From positions 79,174,001-79,238,000 of the forward strand of contig OX597818.1 of assembly GCA_951406725.2 (NCBI GenBank): a stretch of 64,000 nt of DNA, given 5' to 3'. This DNA is from Octopus vulgaris (taxonomy: Eukaryota). Below are positions 54,540 to 64,000 of the stretch, one piece after another. Each line of letters opens with the position of its first letter. Within the stretch, counting starts at the first letter, position 1. Under the pieces are notes generated by a model, which did no database searches, was not told the DNA's origin, and worked only from the letters and a program-made list of their open reading frames with translations. The position numbers and the translations under genes were made by a program.

Positions 54540-54880
54540 AGGCATGTCTGTGTGGTAAGAATTTTACTTCCCTACTTCATGTTTTCGGGTTCAGTCCTAC
54601 TGTGTGATATCCCGGGCCAACCAAAGCCTTGTGAGTTGGATTAGTAGACAGAAACTTAAAGAGGCCTGTCGTATATACACATATATATGTATATGCATCT
54701 GTCTTTGTGCTTAAGTCTGGCCGCGACCGCTTGAAAACTGGCTTCAGTGTGTTTATATCCTCGTAACATGAGACTGATAGAATAAGTATCAGACTTACAA
54801 AACGTTCTAAGCTTGATTTACTTGATTAAAACCTTCAAGTGTGTGCTCCAGCATGGCCACATTCAAATTCCTGAAGATAA
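54540..54880 (+). mobile_element. SINE family A, diverged
   Basis: gtgtggtaagaa...cgggttcagtcctactg...ccaaagccttgtgag...gctccagcatggcc. Further fragments at ~55155-55350 (-), 56335-56500 (-) and 60775-60920 (+). Confidence 0.7.
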
Positions 54881-55119
54881 ATGATAAGCTTTAATTAAGT
54901 ATGTTATCAATCCTAAGAGTGTAAACTGAGTTTGTCCAGCTAAATATTTCCTAACGGATCTATTTTTCGTAGGTCTTGTGACGATTCTATATCAGGTGTC
55001 CTTTCATCAAAAGATGCATCAAATCGAATAATTATTATTACTGGGATTTATCAGAGTTATTACGATATTATGATGCTCCAGCATGGTCTCAGTAACTCGC
55101 CGAAACATGTAAGAAGTGA

Positions 55120-55156
<37 letters not shown>

Positions 55157-55387
55157 TTCTCTTTTACTTGTTTCAATTATTGGACTGCAGTCACGCTGGA
55201 CATCATGTGGAAGGATCTTAGTCGAGAAAATCGACCCCACTACACGTTTTTAAAGTATGGTATTATTCTGTGGGGCTCCTAATGACGAACTGTTAATTTA
55301 CAGGAGCAAAAAGAAGCCAAGACCGGTTGGAAACGATGTGCAGAGAGAAACACCAACACACACACACGCACGCACACACACACACAC

Positions 55388-55425
<38 letters not shown>

Positions 55426-55504
55426 ACACACACATGCAAATAACTTACTGTTAATGAAAATCAGGGTGCATTGCGTTACGTTGCCCAGTAAATGAAAAAA
55501 TGTA

Positions 55505-56265
55505 TAGTAACTGCACAAAAGAAAAAAACGTATATTAAGTGTACAAACGGACGGAAAAAAAACAGAAGGTTCTTAATTCTGCATCAGTTATCAACCAGAT
55601 GGAATTACTCAGTTTCACACCATTAATGGTGAGACTGAGATGATTCCCATACTGGCGGTGCCCACGAAAGTTGCGGAGAATATTGAGCCGAGAACAAACG
55701 ATATATGGAATACAGGCGATACAGAAATAGGCATACGAAAGTGAATCAATGTAGTTAAGAGGATGGACGAAGGATAAAGATGAAATAAATAAGAAACGAC
55801 CAAAATACAGCTTTAGAGCCAAAAGAACAATTCTAAAATTTATTCTTTCTTCTTTTTCCGTTAGAGGGCAATCCTAAAGGATTAGGAAGGCAACAAATAG
55901 ACGACCAGTGCAAAAAAGGAAGAAAAAGAAAAGCTGGCCACGGGTCACATGTCACCAGCAGCCAGAGGAGAAAGAGGATATATGTGATGGAGAGAGAGAG
56001 AGGGGGGAGAGAGAGGAGAGAGAATAAAAGAAAAAAAGAAGAAAGAAGAAAGTATAGATTTACATTTATTCACTTTCGCATGTCTACTTCTATATCACTT
56101 TTATTTGATGAATTTTTTGTTCTCGGTCCAATATTCTCCGCAACTTTCGCGGGGTACTGCCAGCATGAGAAGCATTTCAATCTTATCATTAATGGTGCAC
56201 TCAATATACATTTTTCTGTTCGTCCGTGCATTTATTATACGTTTTTTCGTTTGTGCATTTACTAC
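55505..56265. mobile_element. fold-back/MITE-like element with ~200-250-bp inverted arms
   Basis: Arm 55505-55754 is the diverged reverse complement of 56060-56265 (e.g. cgaaagttgcggagaatattg / caatattctccgcaactttcg). Confidence 0.7.
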
Positions 56266-58196
56266 ACACACACATACACACACACACACATACACAAACA
56301 CGCACACACACATACATATATATATAGACAGACAGAGAAGGATTTCCGCCTAGTTGCCACCAACCAAATTCACTCACAAGGCTTTGATCGGCCCAAAGCT
56401 ATAATGGAAGACACTTACCCAGGATGCTGTGCAGTTGGACTCAACCCGAAAACACGTGTTTGCAAAGTGAGAGTTTTAACCATACAACCATGACTGCGTC
56501 TACATTTAGCAGCAGGTTTTAAAATATGTATTTAAATTAATACCAGTATTAATTCAATTCATAAATTATATTCTTTCTGTCTCGGTATCGGATACAGAAA
56601 ACTTTAGAATTAAGTTGTTTTTATTCTATTAATATGTTTATTAGATATTTTATATTTTACTAAACGACTTTATTAAAATTATAATGTGGATTTTAAACCA
56701 TTTTCATATAATTTTATTTTTATTCGGTTTAATATAAAAATTAATTTGATAGACAAAGTGAATTCTATTAATATATCCTATATGTTAACCAAGGAGGAGA
56801 AAAAAGAAAAAAATGATAAACGGGAAGAAAAAATAATATACTATAACTTCACGTCACCCAGAAAGACTCTATTCATTGCCAAGTTTTACTTCTTTCCCTA
56901 CTGAGAATCTGTTCCAGTTGTTTTTTCATTGTTTATTGAGCAATAAAATATTATAGGGTGTACCACGATTGTAGGCTAATTGAAGGAAAGATCGATTTTT
57001 GTTAATAAAAACAGTTTGGGATATTAAATAAATATCGCTAAGGAAACTGATTAGAGGATAATATATATTCTTGCATTGCACGTGACGATCTATTAGAAAG
57101 TGTACATCCAACAATATGAGACTGATTAGAAACATAATAAGGAATATAACCACTAAAATGTATCCGGCAGCCAATATCTGGGAGTCTTTAGAAGAAGAAT
57201 TGCGGAAAATCAATAAAAATTAAATCGTATAATGAAACACGTTCGTTGAAACAGGATGAAAGTTGGAAAATTATTGGCTAGAGTTCTGTTCCCATGAGTT
57301 GATGAAATCAGCATTGAAGGGATGACATAGTAAAATAATACAGCAATCAGTCATGATCTGGAGTTATCGATCAGAATACAAATCAATAATTGTCGAAAAA
57401 CAAACATTGCACTGTTTTTGCGAACGAATAAAATGTTTTCCGTCTTTTATCGATTTCTATGTCTGGAACTTCTTATATATAACTCCTATTTTATATTCAC
57501 CCGTTCATATTATTGACTAGATAAATGCCAGAGATCGATTTAAAACAATATATAATTATTATGTACAATCCACTCATGAGAGAACACAGAAATACTGCCA
57601 AGCTGGTACGTCATCGTTTGAGCATAACACGAAAGTAACTTAAAAATCTAAACTTACATAACTTATATCGCAGAAGAATAAAAAAAAAAACGATTTCTGC
57701 AACAATTTCTCAGCATTTTAAGAAAACTTTAAATCACACACTAGCCAATACAATTTACATGAACACTGCTTATATGCAATATCACTTTTCAATCTCTTTG
57801 TTCAGCAGAAAATGTGAAATTTTATTATGAATCTTTATTATAATTTTCTGTGATATCAGATATAATTTTGTTGTATATTGGAAGGGTTCTACTTCACTTT
57901 CACTATTATTAATCAATTCGTTAAACATTTAATAAATTAACTTAAGCGATTGTTTGACAAACCGTTCGACCAGTTAGCATACCAATCAACCAAGTTTATC
58001 AAAATCCTTTTGTCAGGATTTAAGGCCTCATCAGTGAAATAGCCTCTCTATTCCGAGTTTGCTTCAGGTGGATTCACGTCAAGAATCTTTGTAATTAAAT
58101 GCATACATATACGTGCATATATATATGTATATGTATGTATATATATATATGTATGTATATATATATATATGTATTCATACATATACATATATATAC

Positions 58197-58240
<44 letters not shown>

Positions 58241-58325
58241 GCATATATATATATACATACATATACATAAATACATACATATATATATATGTACATATAT
58301 ATATCTGTGTGAGTGTACGTATATA

Positions 58326-58659
58326 CCGTATTTGGTGGCATATAAGACGTACGAGTACATAGGACGCACCCTAGCCTAGGCTGTACTTTTGCAAAATAAA
58401 TAACCACTAAAATAATGTTTTAATTCTTCCACTTACCTGTATAACTTTATGTTATTACCGGTAATTATAAGCAATTCATTGCATCCACATTCGATATAAA
58501 CATACCGTAGGAGATTGTTTACCAATAAATGGCAGCACACATTTTTTAAACATATATACTGTTTTGAGCGAGTAACTAGCCTACATTGGACGCGGGGGCA
58601 CTTTTAAAGCCATTTTGGGGTAAAAAAAAAAGGTGCGTCTTATAGGCTATGAAATACGG
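58326..58659. mobile_element. pogo/Tigger-type MITE
   Basis: TA|CCGTATTTggtggcaTATAAGACG ... gtgCGTCTTATAggctatgAAATACGG|TG terminal inverted repeats. Confidence 0.8.
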
Positions 58660-58661
58660 TG

Positions 58662-58712
<51 letters not shown>

Positions 58713-59073
58713 TCATATACTCAATATCACATATTTAATGTATATGTATTGTTATACGCATGTAGCGCCTAGGAGGGGTCCCTTTAAACTGTTAAACAAC
58801 ATAGTACCCTTCAAAGCCAGGCAAAAGGAAACGGCCCCGGATATGAGCAAGTACGGCAGATATTGATACTTCGATTTCTTCCCGGCTTAACACGATAGAT
58901 ACAAGCATTTAGCAACACACTTTCAGTTGCTTCTCATATAAAATTTGAATTTTTTTCTACTTCTGGGGCGGTACTGCACATCAGCAAGTAGTGTTTACAC
59001 TACCTAGATATACTGCTAGCTGCCAATTTGAATTTTTTCCGGGCACAAGGGGAGTAGAAAGAAACTGTGAATA

Positions 59074-59631
59074 CAGAAATACCTCTCTTAACAAAGACCT
59101 GCTTTACGAGACCCCGGGTTTACGAGTTATATTTTTCAAGTACACGATCCAAGCTTTGAACAAAGTGCAACAGTTTCTACTACCATAACAAAAGTTTCTG
59201 CGTGTTACCGAGAAATTTATAGAGAGTGAAAGGAAGCGTATTCTAAGCAAAAAAACTCTAGACTTGTTTTTTAAAAAGAAATCTTCAAGTCCGTCTATGA
59301 GTGGTTGTGAATCGGCGATCGCGTCTACAAGTGATGGTGTGTGCGAGTTTTGTGCGAGTGAATGTGATTCAGAAAACGATTATAATAATAATTTTTACTA
59401 TAAATGATCTTGACATCCTTTTTACTTTACATAAAATATTTGTTACTTTCTACTGTTGTTTTATTGCCATTTATTTACGAGTATTATAAATTTTACTGGT
59501 AAACTATTTTTCTGCGAACGAATTACAATTCATAACATTGCTATTATGGGAAATTATTGCTTTGCTTTACGAGTTTGCATTTTACGAACGATCCTCGGGA
59601 ACAAATTAACTCGTATATCGAGGCATTAGTG
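59074..59631. mobile_element. Tigger-type MITE
   Basis: TA|CAGaaatACCTCtctt ... tcgtatatcGAGGcattagTG|TA, with internal tttacga repeats typical of Tigger subterminal regions. Confidence 0.65.
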
Positions 59632-60538
59632 TATCTTATCGATATCTGTTGTTCTCGTTCACTTCCGAGCAGCGTCTTTTCTCCTATCTTTGAATCATAT
59701 TGTGTTTTTTTTAAAATTATAAGTCTTTAAAAGGATCTCTCCCAATCCTAATACCACAGCTACAATATACATACATAGATAATGAAGATGTTTACATTAT
59801 TGAGCTGCTTCTAAGACAAAATTTGAATTTTTTCTATTTGTACGACTCTGTTCCACATCAGCAAATAAATTTTACTCTATTTTTAATATACTTCTAGCTG
59901 TTAATTCGATTTCGTGTCAAGGAGTGGCGAGTATCTGCTCTTATTAGGTGAAAACAACCGCGAGATATCGAGATACGTCGTTGACCCATTCTGCGACTGT
60001 TCCCTATGGGTAGGATGGTATGCATCATACTATATTCCATCAGTCCTGCAGTCTGGGTACATCAGGTACATTCATACATAAACTGGTGTCTTACTAAAGA
60101 TCTTGAATTTAGGCTTTCATGTTATTTTTCCGCTTCATTTAGGGAATGAACTATTGCTACGATTGTTTTTATTGTTAAATATCTATAAGATAAAATATAC
60201 ATAAAACAAATGCAATAAAATATATAAACTGCAGACTAGCGAAGAAGAAAAGGATTATTTTTTTTTTATCAAGGGAAAGCAATATTGATAGTAAGAGACC
60301 GGTTGAAGAAAATCACATTAAGTTTAAAGCGAGGGAAGAGTGCTAGAAAAAAAAGAAAGGAAAAATAGATACAGGCGAAATTGTCTGGGAGGGCAATATT
60401 GATGAAATCTCTTGAGTAATGATATTAAAAGTTTGTCATCACAGTTACTTTAAGGATATAGCTATGTTTAAGCAGGTGTTATATAAACTTTAGCACGTAC
60501 TATATCAATAGTACGTTGGGTTGTCAGTTCATTCATAC

Positions 60539-60577
<39 letters not shown>

Positions 60578-60958
60578 CATATATACATATATGCACATAT
60601 GTATGTATTATGCATATATGTATACATATGTTGACACAATATCTAAAATATTTATTTCACTCCAAGTTCTTAACGTATAGCAGATGTTTTCAATTGGATA
60701 TATCCTTCGGTATTTCAAACATTTTCCTCGCATATTAATAAATGATGATCTTATGCCTTTAAGAAATAATTCAGATGCAGACATGATTGTGTGGTTAAGA
60801 AACTCGCTTTGCAAACACTTGGTCTCCTGTTCAGTGTCACTTGAACTGTGTCTTCTACAGTATCCCCGGACCCACACATTAGTAAATTTTGTAGATGGAA
60901 AATGTGTGGAAGCCCGTCGTATATGTATATATATACATATATTTATAGAGAGAGAGAG

Positions 60959-60998
<40 letters not shown>

Positions 60999-61195
60999 CA
61001 CACACGAAAACGAAAAAGTGTCGCTGAACGGGTCACAGATGTATGACGAAAGATTTCGGGACAATGGACATGAGTTAAAATCAAAAAGAAAAAAAAGAAC
61101 AGTAATAAACGAGTTAAGACCAAATACATAGATATATAGTGCGTGTGTTTATTTGGCAAAAAAAATGACCATCCCGAAATACAACAATATGTATG

Positions 61196-61240
<45 letters not shown>

Positions 61241-61285
61241 ATATACATATACATATATATACGCACACATATATATGTATATACG

Positions 61286-62331
61286 GCATTTGACAATATG
61301 TATAGGGAAACTCTCGAGAAGATTGCAAAAGTGTATGGAATACCAGACGATTACATCAGTCTGCTTCGCAGTTTCAACAACAACTCAAGCTGTTGTATTA
61401 GAACAGAGTATGGATACACTGGTTTTCTTATGCTCGTCACTGGTGTAAGACAAGGATGTTTCCTGTCACCAATGATCTTTCTCATGGTCATCGATTTTGT
61501 TATGCAGAGATCAATGGTGGGACCGGCTGTAGGCATACCATGGATGGCGAGGGAACGGCTAACAGACTTGGATTTTGCCGATGACATTGCTCTCTTGACT
61601 GAGGAATGACAACAAAAATGGAAAGGGAAACGGCGAAGACCGGGCTGAGACTCGGTGGTTAAAAAACGAAGGTAATGTAAGTTGGGAAACAACTAGAAAG
61701 TGTCCCAGTGGACGTTGGGCAAGAACCAGTTGAAGAGGTTACACGTTTCATATATCTGAGAAGCATAGTGACAGGCTGTAAAGTTGGCAAGGTAGTGGCA
61801 GTATTTAGAAGACTGACAAGACTTTGGTGTAGCAATAACATAACTATAGAGCTGAAGTTTTATTTGTACAAAAAGGCTATCCTGCTAATAGTGATCTATA
61901 CAGCTGAGACCTGGAAGATGAAAACAAAAATCGCCCGCTAACTGGACGCATTTCATTAACGGTGTCTCAGAAAGATCCTAAATATCACTTACGGAGACAG
62001 TGACAAATGAAGCCATTCTTCAAGCAGCAAGAGTTGATCCCCTGTATGCAATTGTAACCGAACGACAAATAAGAATGGTTGGGCACATACTATGACTGCG
62101 AGAACATAAGATTGCCAAAACAATCATGAGTTTGATGTTGCCGGAAGGCAAGAGAAAAAAGTGGCCGGCCAATGAATACGGCGTAGTCCCTTCAGAAAAC
62201 ACCAACGCAGACTGAACATCACCTTGGAAGAAGCAAATGGGTTGGCCAGGAGACAGAAATAATTGATGATCTCTGAGTGTCTAATGTGCCACTCAAAGGC
62301 ACCATCGGACCCGAAGGTGAAGAAGAAGAAG
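61286..62331 (+). mobile_element. RTE-clade LINE, 5'-truncated RT to 3' end, degraded
   Basis: AFDNMYRETL..YGIP..TGVRQGCFLSPMIFLMVIDFVM..LTDLDFADDIALL..VEEVTRFIYL..YTAETWK; (GAA)n tail. Confidence 0.9.
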
Positions 62332-62386
<55 letters not shown>

Positions 62387-62808
62387 CGTGCGTTTGTGTG
62401 TATGCATGTGCGTGGCAAAAGTGACAGACCGAATAAATATCAAACTTAAAGAACAAATTAGCAGTGTGGTTTATTTGTTCGATTAAACCCATCAAGTCGA
62501 TGCCCCATCATGAGGACGGTCCAATGACTGAATCAAGCAAGAGATACAAGATAATACTAGATATTGAGTGATAAAGCTATTATCTAATATGAAGGTGAGA
62601 AAGTGAGCAGACATGGCAATTGATCAGTGTCTCCAAATTTAGTCGAAAGAAATAAAGAAGACATCCTCACCTCTGGTACATATCCCCGAATCTCACAATA
62701 GTGTGCGTTACATTAAAGTCATCAAAGAGTCAGAGTGTGATGTATAAGGCGACGGCTTAAACTGGATTCTACTATAATCATAAGCGAGCGTCATTTGATT
62801 ATCTATGA

Positions 62809-63653
62809 CTAGCAGAATTGCCCGGCGTTGCTCGGGACTGAATTGCTTGAAAGTACTGTTAATGATTGCACTGAATTATGATGATTATTCAGGCAAATAT
62901 TGATATAAGTTTACGGTGGGAGATAAGGACTTAACGATCAAACGTGTGCCATTGCATTGTTTTGGGGGAACCAAATTTCTGATGAGCATTATAGGGGCAC
63001 CAACTTTAAGTTTGAGAAAGTGTGGTGGTAGTCCGGGGTGCTCAAAGGAATTGAGCACCTCTATTGGATAGTTGATGACGTCCTCTGGGTCAGGAGTTGT
63101 ATCGATAGACTGATATACATAGACTTCCCCAGGAATGAGTTTTAGCATTTCATCATTAATATGGTGAACAGTTCTATTCCTCGAGGCCAGTATAGCTTTT
63201 TTGCCAATCCAATCCATATTCTGATAATTAGCTTGTAGATCTGGGAACACTGCATCTCTGAGATCAGAAGGCGTCTTAACAACGGTACAAATGGAATCGA
63301 TGGCAATATTACCATTTTCATCCCCTGGTATTTTGCCTTCGCCAAGTGCAAGGAGGGTGTGAGGAAATGCTGCTGATGTGATATTACGTCGCATATGAGC
63401 ACGCATATTGGTGTGAAGTTTGAGAGTTACTTCCCTTTATTAAAAAATATGCATTAAAATGGAAAAAAATGATGGTAAATTATTTGTAAAGTCGTAGACT
63501 CATCGTAGACGCGCGCTAATACCCAGAAGGGGTCGATATGAATCACGACTATAAGATACCCGGTTTTGGTTAAACTGCATCGCAAAATGTGGGAGTAGTT
63601 AGGAATCTAAATCGGAGTAGACAAACACACAACCTTTCTTTTATATATAAAGA
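62809..63653 (-). mobile_element. internally deleted Helitron (~845 bp) retaining a helicase segment
   Basis: Minus strand A|TCtttatatataaaag ... cccgagcaacgccgggcaattctgCTAG|T; contains a PIF1 ORF fragment. Confidence 0.88.
62885..63430 (-). pseudogene. PIF1-family (Helitron) helicase fragment, uninterrupted ORF
   Basis: LHTNMRA..LLALGEG..KAILASRN..IN..YQSID..YPIEVLNSFEHPGLPPHFLKLKVGAPIMLIRNL..CNGTRLIV. Confidence 0.9.
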
Positions 63654-64000
63654 TTTTCGTCCTAAAAACTTTGTATGGATTGAATGGTTACCTCTATGGA
63701 AATATATACACGCACATTATACATACATGTGTGTATAGATGAATATATAAATACATTTAAATATCTATATACACTTTTGGGCGATCTTTCTGTTTCTTAG
63801 AGATAACTTTAGAACTTATTTTCGTCCTAAAAAACTTTGTATGGAGTGAATGGTTACCTCTATGGAAATATATACACACACGTTATACATACATGTGTGC
63901 ATAGATGAATATATAAATACATTTATATATCTATATACACTTTTGGGCGATCTTTCTGCTACTTAGAGATAAATTTAGATCTTATTTTCGTCCTAAAAAA
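63654..64000. repeat. ~165-bp tandem repeat (at least 2 copies, runs off the window)
   Basis: Unit start ttttcgtcctaaaaa recurs at ~63654, ~63819 and ~63985; the first two units continue ctttgtatgga.tgaatggttacctctatgg...ttagagataa.tttaga.ctta. Confidence 0.92.

Noticed and set aside
62885-63406. Host PIF1 helicase gene
   Set aside because: It is a partial domain enclosed by Helitron termini (TC...hairpin-CTAG), so it is transposon-derived.

Overview
This is an AT-rich, microsatellite-saturated eukaryotic window with no recognisable host protein-coding gene, rRNA, true tRNA or CRISPR array. The SINE families and the density of (TA)n/(CA)n/(AAT)n tracts suggest intronic or intergenic DNA of an octopus (inference from recalled repeat families, not from a search). 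Almost all ORFs in the track are translations of simple repeats. The real protein-like remnants are all decayed transposon genes: Tc1, two mariners, RTE-clade LINEs, two R4/Dong-type REL-endonuclease LINEs, Helitron PIF1 helicase fragments and probable Penelope-like remnants. There are also at least four tRNA-derived SINE families (labelled A-D here), several MITEs and non-autonomous Helitrons. Four things most deserve follow-up. (1) A cluster of minimal type-I hammerhead-ribozyme-like motifs in short inverted repeats at 47.1-48.3 kb. (2) A ~1.4 kb near-palindrome at 29.5-30.9 kb, made of two copies of a ~560-bp non-coding element around an (AAT)n/(ATT)n switch. (3) That element always sits next to TAA-type repeats, near Dong-like LINEs that also abut TAA repeats. 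(4) Recurrent 1.5-mer SINE-B composites joined at a GGTATT motif within a single TSD pair. Coordinates were counted by eye; boundaries of degraded elements are approximate.
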